Source: Sphaerodactylus townsendi (lineage: Eukaryota). Taken from it: a stretch of DNA of 64,000 nt. Numbering within the stretch: the stretch's first letter is position 1; every line of letters starts with the position of its first letter. The stretch covers positions 13,888,001 to 13,952,000 of the forward strand of contig NC_059435.1 in the NCBI RefSeq assembly GCF_021028975.2. The letters are read 5' to 3'. Below the pieces are notes generated by a model that saw nothing but the letters and a program-made list of their open reading frames with translations, had not been told where the DNA came from and did not search any database. The translations under genes and the position numbers were made by a program. This document shows, one piece after another, positions 36,491-48,469 of the stretch.

Positions 36491-38119
36491 GCTGCCAAAT
36501 GTACCTGAGAATTGGAAGTGGCATGGGTGACTTTTGCGGTGGGAGACTGGGTGGGAGCCACGGCTGGCGCGGAGGAGGCTGATCAACTTGAGGGTGCTTT
36601 TTAAAATGTCCCACCCAGGAAAACATTGCTTAACAATTGGGGGGCGGTCTCCGGGCTTGTCAAATCGGAGCTTTGTTTACGAGATGACTACGGATTGCTG
36701 GGATGCCTAGCACTGAGTTGCTCCGCCGTGTCCTGAAAAGGCATGGTTATTTTGGATTATTTCCAATATCAGGTATTATGATCTCTGGCTGTTTTTCAAT
36801 CCTGTCAACAAGTCCATTGAAAGTCCAAAGTCCAAAAATTGAACGTGATTCTAAGGATCTAAAGTCTAAAGACTTTAAAGTCACATCTAGGAACAGAGTT
36901 CCTTGGAGAGAAGATAAATTTCACAGTGACACCTCCAGTGATCTCAATCGTGCAAAGACATGTAGCAGCTCAGGAGATGAACCGTTAACAGGGCAGTACT
37001 TAGATAGGGCAGCAAAAAGGAAAAATTTGCCACCTAAATTGTACTTAAGAAGTACTTAAGAACCAACTATTAAGAATTGTACTCGCCTAGTCCAAACTGT
37101 TTCCGTGAGGTTAGACAACAATTTGGAGTGGGAAGTGCCAAGGTTTCAGAGTCTGTCCATGATTTCTGCCGCACAGTGAGGGACACGCTCTTCAAGAGGG
37201 TTGTCCGTTTTGCAGATCCAGTGGAAAAGGTTTGTCCCCCCCCCCCCAATTTTGTCTTATACAAAATTGCACAACTGTGCATTCAGGCAGTCTTTCCCAC
37301 CTTCCGTTCACGCCCCAACACTTATTGAGGGGCAGGAAAAGGGGAGCGCTATGATCAGCCACTCTGACATACGCCTGCCCTTATGCAGGATTCAGCCACT
37401 CTGCCAGCTGCCCAGATGCCCCAATGAGGGGGGGGGGACAGGGGTCAATACTCAAACGCTCTTCCAGCCTGCCCTGCCCAATCAAGTGGGGGAAAGTGTC
37501 CTGGAGTCAGCCACTGTGTACGCCTGCCCTCACACACAGGCAGGCCTCACCCATATGCCTCCTGGGGGGAGGGGGCAGGACTCAGGAACTATGCCAGCCT
37601 GCCCCACCTGGCACCCCTCACCCTTGTGGCAAACCAAGGGAGGAAAGGACTGCCCTGCCTTGCACGCAATGCCATGTCAAGTGTTGTGGGACGTGTCGTG
37701 ATCGTGCTCTGACCAGTCCGGACAACCTTGCCCTCTTCTTCCAGTGACCTTGTTTCTTCACTTTGCTCTTCAAATTTTCTTGTTTATTTATTTATTTCAG
37801 TGACCTCATTTCTTTCCTTTCTTTACTCCTGCTTGATCCTCCTTGATAAAAACTCTGCCACCTTTTCTTGGACTTTGGAATAACGATGCCTGTTCAGGAG
37901 AAACACAGTTATAACTGCTGTGTGGCTCCTCCTGGAGATGGTTTGACAAGCACTGAAATAACATCACGATTATGAAACTTGGATCTGGCGTACCAGAAAT
38001 TAATCCCCAGCACAATGACTGAAGCCCCAAAGTGTGGTGAAGCAGTGCCTGTCCCCACGTTGCAGCAGAAATGCGAAAAAACAAGACTCCAGATCAAACC
38101 TGAAAGCTTCTCTAAAGGT

Positions 38120-39240
38120 GACACAACTAAAAGAGGAGGATTTAGTTTACCGAATTTAGAACTATAAGCGGTAGTAGAAATTATGAATACAGACAAACTT
38201 TCTGTTAGCTTAAAAGATTTACCATTAACTAGCTTTCATAAAACATGGGAACCATTTATTCAGTATTTGGGAAAAAAACAAAATAATTAAATATATAAAC
38301 ATAAGATTATTTATCTATTGGATATACAAAACTGTACTGGCTATGCTCTTCATCTTATACTAATTTTCTTTTTTTTTATTTAAGCAAGTAGAATTACGAA
38401 TGGAAGTCTCCAGTCAATACAAAGGAAAAGTCATCAGATTTTTTTTGGTTTTTTTTACGTTTTATTTTAATATAAATATTGAAGTTTTATATATTGACAG
38501 TACAATAGTAGAGGCACTTTGATTTGTATAATAGCTTAAAAACAAAAGAAAAAGAAACTCAAAAACGAACAAATAAGTATATAGGCGTATTATTACGAGA
38601 CAGAAAAGCTTTATGAAGTTGTTCTTTTTCTTTTCTTTCCTTTGTTATCTCGGCGGTCGTAGAAGAAGTCATTGATTTTAATCTTGTTATATAAAGTTAG
38701 TTGCAATGGTAGTAATCTATGTAATAGAGTATGGTGCAAAGGTATCTGTAGACATATGACAAGACAGTGAATAATGTAACCTTATTTTTTGTGTATATTT
38801 GCAAGTTACAATAAAAGCTTTATTTAAAAAAAAGAACTATATTATAAAGCATCAGGATTAGTTTGGCTTAGGAACTGGATGCTCTTGGGTGATACGGAAT
38901 TATTAAACTTAGAAGGTTTTGATTTATGTTTCTGGTTGGTATTTTTATATTTGGTTTGCACAAGGAAAAGAATTTAGTGTTTTTACGAACCACTCAATTA
39001 GAAAATCAATTTTTAGAATTTGAGAGGAGTTTCCAAAAAATAATGTCAAAAAAAACACCAAAATGGATTTCACCACATGAGGTCTCAATGATGAGAGCAA
39101 ATTATAATTATGACATAATCAGATATGGTGATTTATTGATTTGTGAAAGAGGAGAAATAAAATTAAAAGATATCCCAAGTGTGCCGATGGTTCACATACT
39201 TGCAAATTAAAAAATGACCTTTTTTGTATTAAAAAAAGAT
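38120..39240 (+). mobile_element. L1 ORF2 fragment containing a nested younger L1 3' end (38167-38832)
   Basis: KRGGFSLPNLEL/YYKASGLVW is continuous across the insert; TSD AGAACTATA (38158-38166, 38833-38841); insert ends AATAAA plus an A-run. Confidence 0.8.
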
Positions 39241-39389
39241 TTTTAAAATCTTTTCCACATGCTGCAACTTTTGCACATGTACAAGGCTCAAACATTTCAC
39301 CCAAATCTAAAATCATGGTGCTGTCCTGTACTCATTCTTGCAAGTGCCGTTACACCTACATTGTAAGACACAAAGTAGTACTGAATTAT

Positions 39390-41300
39390 AAATCTAAAAA
39401 TAATCCAAAATAACCATGCCTTTTCAGGTCACAGAACTGAAGAACCATCTCATGAATACACATCTCACGAATACACAATAGGTGCCTGGAAACATAGACT
39501 ACTATTTGCCTCCAAATAATGGTGATGATTTGCAAATTCCTTACATGCTCAAAAGATTCCCGAACATGGCAGATGAGGCAGACGAAAAAAAGGACCTCCA
39601 GCAGAATGATTGAAGGCAAAGCTGTGCCTGTCCCACCCAGGAAAACCAAGACGTCGAGACCCAAATTGCAGCGGAAATGCCTAAAAGAAGATCCGTTTAA
39701 AGGGGTAGGTGTCCAGAAGACACTGTAACAGACGCTGCACCTTGGCATACAAAAACTCAATACTTGAGTCATAAGCAAATGATTTTCAATTGTGAAAAAG
39801 GATTCGTAATTCGAAACGGCGGAGAAACTCAGTGCTAGGCGTTCCATCATTCAGCAATCATCTCAGAAACAAAGCTAAAATTTGACGAGTGCGGAGAAAG
39901 TCCGTCAATTGTTAAGAAAGGACCCCGGCGTCTTTTCCAGACCGACGCAGCAGAAAGACCGACTTAACAGGGTAGGTTTAGAGAAGACACTGTAACAGAG
40001 CTGTACACTGTAAGACACTGTACAAAAACTCAATACTTGAGTCATGAACAAATGATTTTCAATTGTGAAAAAGGATTCGTAATTGAGGCTCTTTTGTAAT
40101 CTCTTATTCTTGTTGAATTCCTTTTACACCTCAAGAATATTCCATAAGATCAGCTGGACTTTAAGAAATGTGGATGGAAAGAGTCCCGGAGTAAACAAGA
40201 GTTTCTGTCTGTGGGTTTTTTATACAACCCCACTTGGATATGCTTGGAAATAAATAATCCCAAATAACTGTGCCTTTTCAGGACCCAGCGGAGGCCATCC
40301 CATCGAGACGGGGGAGCAGCACCTCTCGCAGACAGAGCACCCGCAGACCGAGCTCCGAGCTCCTGGAGACCGCCCCGCAATGCGTAAGCAATCACAATCA
40401 CAATCACAATAGACCTTTATTGGCATCAGGTATACAAGCGTGAATATAGACCGTTATTAAATTTAAAAGAGTTGTACATTCCGTCTATGAGTAATTTTAC
40501 ATTCTAAAATCACACTTCCTTTATAAAAATATAATATAGATTAAAAAATATAATATAGATTAAAAAATTAACCGTGCCTTTTCAGGACCCAGCGGAGGCA
40601 AGGCGGGTCAGCACCGCATCTCACAAACCGGGGTCCCGAATGATGAGCGTGGAGACCGGCACACAATACTAATTTACCAGCATGGAGACAATCCACATAC
40701 TGTACAACTGGAAATACGGCTACCCCTGCAGACCTGTAAGACACTGTACAAAAACTCAATACTTGAGTCATGAACAAATGATTTTCAATTGTGAAAAAGG
40801 ATTCGCAATTGAGGCTCTTTTGTAATCTCTTATTCTTGTTGAATTCCTTTTACACCTCAAGAATATTCCATAAGATCAGCTGGACTTTAAGAAATGTGGA
40901 TGGAAAGAGTCCCAGAGTAAACAAGAGTTTCTGTCTGTGGGTTTTTTATACAACCCCACTTGGATATGCTTGGAAATAAATAATCCCAAATAACCGTGCC
41001 TTTTCAGGACCCAGCGGAGGCCATCCCATCTAGGAGGGTCAGCACCGTGTCTCGCAGACCAAGCTCCCGACTGATGAGCGTGGAGACCGCCCCGCAATAC
41101 AAATATACCAGCATGGAGATCATCCACACACTGTACAACTGGAAATACGGCTACCCCTGCAGACCTACAGAGTGCAAAGACCATGTTAACGGGGTAGGTG
41201 TGTAGAAGACAATGTATCAAAACTGTTCACTTTAAGACCTCAGAAACCTCAGAGTCATCAACAAATTATTTTCAATTGTGAAAAAGGATTTCTAATTGTG
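39390..41300 (+). repeat. Tandem array of exon-like cassettes (39428-39704, ~39816-39970, 40282-40383, 40586-40735, 41008-41193)
   Basis: Recurrent acceptor (C/T)GTGCCTTTTCAG|, donors GTAGGT/GTAAG, and a shared spacer ..GAGTCAT..ACAAATGATTTTCAATTGTGAAAAAGGATT (4 copies). Confidence 0.75.
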
Positions 41301-41649
41301 ACAGGCCCAATCTTCACTTCTGCGAATGGTAAATCCAGGGATATTTAAATCCAACAGGTGAAGGACCAAGAAACTTATATGAGGCTTTTAGACGACAAAC
41401 GAAGTATTCCTTCGAAGTAGTTTGCAGGCCAGTTAATTTGTGCACTCAATTGTCTGTGAATTGCAAAGTACGGGCAGGGAAGCGGCGTGGGTGACTTTTG
41501 TGGTGGGAGACTGGGTGGTAGCCACGGCTGGAGCAGAGGGGGCTGATCAACTTGAGGGTGCTTTTTAAAATTAATTTGTGTGTGCGTGCGGGAAGGGAAG
41601 CGGCGTGGTTGACTTTTGCGGTGGGAGACTGGGTCGGAGGCTGAGTACC

Positions 41650-42180
41650 TGCCATTGGGTTTTTCTGAGGGTTTCCATATTCCGTATTCCATTCAGCGGG
41701 GTCCAGTAGGCCACGAGCGCACCTAATCTTAAATCGGCCAGGGAGTTTTCAGAGGCCCCTTTCATCACCCACCCCCCCCCCCCCCGTTGCCCATGTTGCG
41801 GGTCTCACCTCTCAGGGTAGTCCCCAAAAAGGCCCCAGGGGAATTCAGATTAATTCAGCATTTGTCCTACCCTAAAGGGGGGGGGGGTCTGTTAACGACG
41901 CCATCGACCCAGCTTTATGCTTGGTTTGATATGCCACATTGGATGAAGCTATTCACCTCATTGAGCTATCTGGAAGGTCTTTTCTCCTGGCTAAGTGTGA
42001 TGTCCAGTTGGCGTTTCGCTTAATGTCAATTCACCCAGATGACTTTGATCTGTTAGGCATCTATTTCGAAGGAGCATTGTTTGTGGATAAAGCCATGCCA
42101 ATGGGCTGTTTGGTGGCTTGCGTCGCCTTTGAAACCTTCAGTTCATTTTTAGAATGGGCTCTTAAGGAAAAGGTCTCGGG
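41650..42180 (+). mobile_element. DIRS/Ngaro (tyrosine-recombinase retrotransposon) reverse transcriptase fragment
   Basis: GFHIP, VSPLRVVPKKAPGEFRLIQHLSYPKG../SVND, LAKCDVQLAFRLMSIHPDDFDLLG, DKAMPMGC..AC..FETFSSFLEW. Confidence 0.9.
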
Positions 42181-42541
42181 TTCCAAACGGCACTTTCCAC
42201 ACACGATGGACAGAGGTCACGTGGATCCACCCCCCCCCTCCTCTGCTGGCTGCTGCTGCTGCTGGCTGGGCGGCGAGCGAGCGAGGCAGCGAGCGAGGAA
42301 TGTGCATGAGGAACACCCCAGAATGCAATGCGGGAGGAGAAGGGCCGGCCCAGAAGGCAGTGTGGACTTTTCAGAGGACCCAGCTAAGCTACCTCTGGAA
42401 GGGAGAGGGGGAAGGGGGAGCTTCGGCACTCGCGTGCCGGAGGAAAGGCCTTCGCGTGCTACCTCTGGCACTCGTGCCATAGGTTCGCCATCACAGGTTT
42501 AGGGCAATGAGCGTGTGATTTGGGGGCGAGGGGTTGGCTGG

Positions 42542-45469
42542 ACAGAAATTAAAAAGGATTTAAACAAATTGAAAAATATAACTCTATCAATATCAGGGAA
42601 AATTGAAATGATCAAGACAATGATCCTCCCTAAACTGATATACTTATTCCAAAACTTACCAATAATAACAAATAAAAAAATATTCGAGGAGTGGAAAAGA
42701 GAAATTGTAAAGTTTATATGGAATGGAAAAAAACCTAGAATTAAATACGCATCGCTGATAGAGACAAAGGAGAACGGAGGATTTGCACTACCAGACCTGA
42801 AGACATACCACGACGCAGCTGCGCTGGTATGGATAACAGACTGGATTCAATTAGAAAATGATGAATTATTAAGTCTAGGAGGACAAAACAATACATCAGG
42901 ATGGCATGAATATCTGTGGCCAAATGTGAAAGGAAACTTATTGAAATTTAAAAACCATCTGTGACAAATGCCCATATTTGGGAAGTGGTTTCAGTGAGAG
43001 ACTGCCCTGAAATAGTTAAGTCCTGCCCAGTCCTGATTGGCTGGAGGAAATTGCCAGGGAGGAGAAAAGGAGGCAGCTGGAGTGCTGAGGGTCTTTTTCA
43101 CTTGGTTCGTGCTTGGACCAAGATCCAAAGCAGAATGCAGATCAGGAAGAGAGATCTGTCCCTGCTTTTGTGTTCTGACAAGAAGTCAGATTGCTCTAGC
43201 CAGGCTGAGGAGGCTTGATAGAGTGTGAGGGAAAGCCCTGGGCTTCGTGGAAGGTGAATCCGCCACTCAGGTGCTTGGCAGCTTGGCTGTCCAGACTAGT
43301 GTCTGTTCAACCCCAGTCCAAAGCCCAGTCCATAAAGGGGGCAGCTAGGCCTTAACAGGGGACTGAAAGGGAAGGTGGCAAGTGTTGAGCCAGAGTCCTT
43401 CCAGTCTTAAGACTTGGGTGGTTGTGTGAACTAGAAAGGGTGTGGATCAGAGGAAATCCAGTGTCTGTGTGTGTAACAACTAAAAGCTGAAACCTCTGTA
43501 AGAGAAAGCTGAAGTAAATTAGAACCTGTGTGTATAAGAAAGCTTAAGAACCAGAACCTCTTTAAGAGAAGGCCACCTGCGAGTGACCAAATGGAAAACT
43601 TTAGTGTATCTGACTGAATAACCTCTCAAGTAGACACTTGTTACTTTCTGTAACCAACAAGTGTTTAAAACCTCTCGAGTCAACTGAGAAGCCTTCATTT
43701 CTAGTCAAATAAACTTTACAAATTCTGTTTCACGTTACCCTAAGCTCCAGTCTAATTTTTCTGTGTGCCTACAGAGGGAGGTGTCTGTCTGCATATGAGC
43801 CAAAACTCTCTCTTACAGAATTTCCCCTCCATTTTTGTCTGAAGTTGTTCTCTTTTTTTCCCCTCTGGGGAGAGTTGGAGTGAGGCAGATTCCAGAAAGG
43901 GAGTCTGAGCTCCCAAACCCTGTTGCACCATCCTATTAGAAAATTGCTATTGACAATATGGGAAAAATACAAATTTAATATATACAATAAAATACCCTAC
44001 TGGGTATCACGATTGGAAAGTTGCAAAAATCTGCAAAATGCAAACAATGGCCTGTGGTTACGATACAAAGAAATAACTATACAAGAAGGAAGTGAGATTA
44101 AATTGAAAAATAGAAGCGAAATTAATTTCAAAGGCCAAGAATGTCATTGGTTTACGTATCAACAATTATGGCAGCAATTCCAACAGGATATCAAGGAAAG
44201 AAATATAAGTAATAAATCTACAGAATTAGATTTGATAATATTTCATACACCCCCCAAAAAATTAAGCAAAATATATAAACTGCTATTATCCAGGATCTTA
44301 GAAACAGAGATTGTAAAGGAAACTATGATTAGATGGGTGGAAGACCTTAACAAAGTAATCCAATTGCAAGATTGGGAGGACTCTATGAAACTACATAGTA
44401 CTTTCTCTGCACGTCTAGAACTGAGAGAAATTTTTTTAAAGATTTTGCACAGATGGTACTTAACACCTAAAATATTAGCTAAGATACATAAAGATGTTGG
44501 AGACGTCAAAAATGTTGGAGATGTAAAAATAAGACAGGAACATTAATACAAATGTGGTGGAATTGCACTAGAATAAAAAAATATTGGAAGCAAATACATA
44601 AGTTGGTACAAGAAATTATGCAAATCTCCTTTGAGGCAACACTAGAATTATATTTATTGGGAATAGGGATTAAAAACATCCCAAATATTAATATAAACTT
44701 TTTTTATATTGTCCAACAGCAGCACGGATGACCATTGCGAAACAGTGGAGAAGTGAGAAGGCACCAAGAACTGAAAAATGGTTCCAGAAATTGATGGAAT
44801 ATTTTCTGCTGGACAAATTCTCCACTAGAATTAAAGACCTACCATGGGCTAAATTCCAAAAAACTTGGGAGTGTTATATACAATTGTTGGAAAGGGAATA
44901 ATAGAATAATCTGTTACTGGATTTCTTTGCGCTTGTTTATGAGATAGACAATAAGTAATTAATTTATAAACATGCAAAGTACACAAATTAGAAGAATTAT
45001 TAAAACAAAACTAAATATCCACCTTAGTTGAAAACCTTATTGTAAGCTATGGACGGTAAGTTGAACTTGAGTATGCGTAGGGAAAATCTAAAATAATAAG
45101 ATAGTGTAAACAATTTAAGATAAAGTGGAAAACTATATATTAATTCTGATAAAATGTTGACAATGATTACGTCATATTTATAATTATATTTAAAACCATA
45201 AATAGATAAATAGAAGAACACTACCTTGTATAAGCTGGGTGGGGGGCTCTTGTATAAGCTGGGTGGGGGGCACTAGGGTGGGAAAGGGATAAAATACGAT
45301 GGGGAGATAGTATTTACTGCTATTGTTGAGGTGTTTAGTTGTTTGTTAACAGTTATGTGTCATATGTTATTTATGTCTACATGATTTATGTAATTATATG
45401 AGATATATGTCACTGTAAAGGTGTGTTAAGAAATTTTAATTAATAAAACTCTTAATGGTAAAAAAAAAA
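42542..45469 (+). mobile_element. 5'-truncated L1-clade LINE (ORF2 C-terminal half, 3' UTR, polyA) split by a solo LTR
   Basis: LSISGKIEMIKTMILPKLIYLFQNLP, FIWNGKKPRI, GGFALPDL, KILHRWYLTP, CWRC..MWWNC; AATAAA at ~45442 and an A-run at 45460-45469. Confidence 0.92.
42960..43927. mobile_element. Solo LTR (968 bp) inserted in L1 ORF2
   Basis: TGTGACA...TGTTGCA termini; 5-bp TSD CCATC (42955-42959, 43928-43932); excision restores FKNHPIRK. Confidence 0.9.
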
Positions 45470-45876
45470 GTCTTCAGGCAAATTAATAAGAACATGACAT
45501 TTATTTGCAAGCTGGCCAGGGGCTGCCAAGGACAAGGCATCTTTCTCACAAAGAACCCCCAGATCCAGGAAAAACCCCGAATAATATGTCATGAGTATGT
45601 CTCCAAGGTGGGCCTGGAGAGGGTCCTTTGCCCACTGCTGCACCCACTTTCCTGGCCTGCTAGATTGGCTTGCCTGGGGAGAGGGGGCGCCCATGTTTGC
45701 TGACAGCAGTTCCTTGTTTTCTCTCCCTGCAGCCCTTCCTCATTGAAGATTTAAAATTTGATTTACGTCTGTATGTCCTTGTCACATCCTGTGACCCTCT
45801 GAACATATTATTGCATCAGGAGGGACTGGCCCGCTTCACCACCGTGAAGTACAACATGCCCAACAGCAACAACCTG
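45470..45876 (+). pseudogene. TTLL6: TTLL6/TTLL13-like tubulin polyglutamylase fragment: 5'-truncated exon 45470-45607, GT-AG intron 45608-45732, exon 45733-45876
   Basis: KNMTFICKLARGCQGQGIFLT...ICHEYVSK | [42 protein letters not shown] matches the TTLL6/13 core as remembered (YICKPDSGCQGKGIF...ICQLYISK|[23 protein letters not shown]...EGLARFAT); canonical splice sites; TTLL6 vs TTLL13 not resolved. Confidence 0.85.
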
Positions 45877-46074
45877 GTAAAGGAGTGTTCCCAGGAACAG
45901 CGTAGATGTTTTAGAGCAATGAGCATGTGATTTGGGGGCGAGGGGTTGGCTGGTCCTAGGCAGAGCCCCCAGAACCTCCACACCCCTCAGCTACTCCTGC
46001 TCTCTCTTTGAAAGAGGCTGAGGCAGTTGTGGTGGCCACACAGGGTCAAGAACCTAGGACCCCCGGGCCAGAAG

Positions 46075-47363
46075 TGTAGCATCTCGTGAGGTCAGGAAAC
46101 CCATGCAGCTGATCAGCCTGTGTTGAAAGTGAGCTCACAGTGTCTCAGACCCTTAACTGGAATAGGGGACACTGCCCAGTGACCTTGTGTTGCAATGCCT
46201 CCAGTTTTATGCTGAAAGAAGGTGGGATATAAAGCAGAGGCGTACCAAAGGTAAATAGCGCCCGGATACAAATTGTCTCCAGGACGCCCCCCCAGGCTCT
46301 GCCCACCACTACCATAGCTCCACCCGCCACTGCCCTCGACCCCGCCCATGTCACCATGAACATGGCCAAGGTCTAGGGTGCCCACTCCCCCTGCTGGCCC
46401 GGCAGCCTGCCAGAAGAGACTGCAGTCCTGATGCCTTGTTGTTTTTGTGTGCCTCAACTGACACAGATGAGGTCGAGGCACGTGAAATGACGAGGCAGCA
46501 GGACTTCCTGGTCAGCTAATCTGCACCTTAACTCACACCAATCCTTCAATGTGGGCTAGTCCATCACACCTCCTATTTATTTCTTGCCTCAAAACGTTTT
46601 GGTTGTGCAGAAAGGGCTCTGTATTAGAGAATTCCAGAGGAACTGGCTTCAAGATCTGGACGGGGAGTATTATGTGCTGAATTTCTGCTGAAGCAAACAA
46701 AGAAATAGAGATGTGTTGCTGGTTTGCTAACAGGCTGACTGGAAGGAGATTGAGTTCTATAGCCAATGGGCAGTTAAAAACTGTTAGGATGGGGAAAGGC
46801 ATAAGAGGCAGCCCAAAGCACATCTGTTAACTGGTATTTGCGTGCTGAGTCCTGGGGAAACGATAAACATCTGAAAGTCTTTTAATAAATTGTAATAGCC
46901 AGTTTTGGTCAAAACATGATTCACTGGTAATGGGCTTTGAGAAGGAGGATCCCAGCTACAGGCTAAATGGCAAATAAGGGAAGAGGAGACCGTTTGAATT
47001 TGAACCCCTTTCCTTTCCTCCCTGCAGCTCACCAACCCCCATGGCTATGACTGTGTGGCCATTACTCCCTTCACCCCTGACCTGAATGGCCCAAGTTAGC
47101 CCAACCCCACCAGGTCTCAGAAGCTGAGGGTGACAGGGCACAATAATGGGTGTCAGTGTTATGCTGGATTGTCTCGATGCTACTGCCCCTTGGAGTGGAA
47201 TTCTGAGAAATGGAGGTGGCAGTTAGAGATGACTGTTAGCAGACTTCAGTGCTGAAGGGATTTTGGTTCTGAATGTGTTTTTGTTGATATTTGGTGTGTT
47301 CTTAAGAAATAAAAGCCAACGTTTTCTACACATCCTGTCTTTCCCCCTGATTGGAGTGTAACA
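46075..47363 (+). mobile_element. LTR-like element (family recurs at 55960-56620 and 57418-58800), with ~350 bp of extra sequence at ~46165-46510
   Basis: TGTAGCA...TGTAACA termini, flanks GAAG/TAAG, AATAAA at ~47308; high identity to the 56-59 kb copies. Confidence 0.65.
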
Positions 47364-47520
47364 TAAGCAGGGTCAAGCCTGCCTGGTCCTTGAATGGGAG
47401 ACCACCACAAAAGATCAGGGTTGCGATGTCGAAGCAGGCAATGGCTTCTGCTCCTCTCTGGCCTTGAAAACCCTACTGGGAGTCCCCTTAAGTCACTTGC
47501 ATCTTTAACAGCACTTTAAA
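47364..47520 (+). mobile_element. 5S rRNA-derived SINE fragment
   Basis: TAAGCAGGGTC..GCCTGG..CTTGAATGGGAGACCACC resembles the 5S internal promoter region and is followed by a non-5S body. Confidence 0.55.
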
Positions 47521-48469
47521 GACGTATCACAATTCCCCCCTTCAGATCCTGTCTCTGCAGGAATCCACTTGGTTCTGGAGGGAGGGAAAGGGGGAGCAGA
47601 CCAGTGATCCTTGTATGAATGTACTGCTGCATCCAACCAACTGGTTTCTAATCCATTTCTGGGCTGGTGGGCGCAAGTCAACGTACAGCTGTGACATGGC
47701 CCGCATTCAACAGCTAGTTGTGAGGGACTTAATCCAGGCAAAGTCTCAAAGGATGCGTTTGGAATGAGATGGTGCATGCAATTGCAACGGTGGCTATTAT
47801 GCTGTGATAGCTTGTCTCTTGCCTTGAACACTTTAAAGGCTTGCTAGAAGTCAGCTGCAACTTGATGGTGAAATTACAACACCACCAATGGCTGATCTGT
47901 GGTAGTTGCTTAATGCAAACAGTCACATTCTATGCGAGATGATTTTCATGAATGTGGATTTCAAACAATCGTGAATAGAACGCACTTAACACTGAGGCAT
48001 ATAATGATGGTGAAATCTGAGATTGTCTCTTCATGTGTAGCCAACTCAGGATCTGGGATCTCCCGGTCATCTTTAGTATGTTTAAACATAGGCAAGTCGG
48101 CACCCACTTGATATTCATGAGTTCACCAATTCACCTGTAAACGACCGCAAGGTATCTGTGCAGGTGCCTTTCCTATATTTGTTTGGCCTGAGCACTAGCC
48201 ATATTTATGTTAGGATTCATAAAATGGCTGATAGGTGAACAGGGTGTCTGAAGGAGTGATCAGCTTCATGGCTGCAGAAAGCAATAGAAAGTTATTCTAA
48301 GCTATGGAAAATTCCAGTGACAGTTAGGCTGCAGGAGAAATGTAACCAGTGTTAACCTTTAATATGATTGGTGGAGAACTTTAGACCAATCAGGGACATG
48401 TTTGCTTGGGCAGGAAAATGTATCCATCTGAGCCTGAACTGGAGTTGGTAACCATTCTATGAAAAATCC

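Noticed and set aside
39428-39481. NHLMNTHLTN resembling the TTLL MHLTNYS motif
   Set aside because: Very short match, followed by a stop, and upstream of the exons it should follow.
41070-41090. CTGATGAG hammerhead-like core in a cassette
   Set aside because: Followed by GGAGAC rather than GAAA and no stem II; better explained as codons LMSVET.
39390-41300. Constant-flank/variable-insert array reminiscent of CRISPR
   Set aside because: Vertebrate DNA, units of hundreds of bp, inserts homologous to each other, no cas genes.
47620-48250. Possible ancient LINE RT on the minus strand (GKAP.., WIKSL, QGSL)
   Set aside because: Too degraded to assign a family or boundaries.
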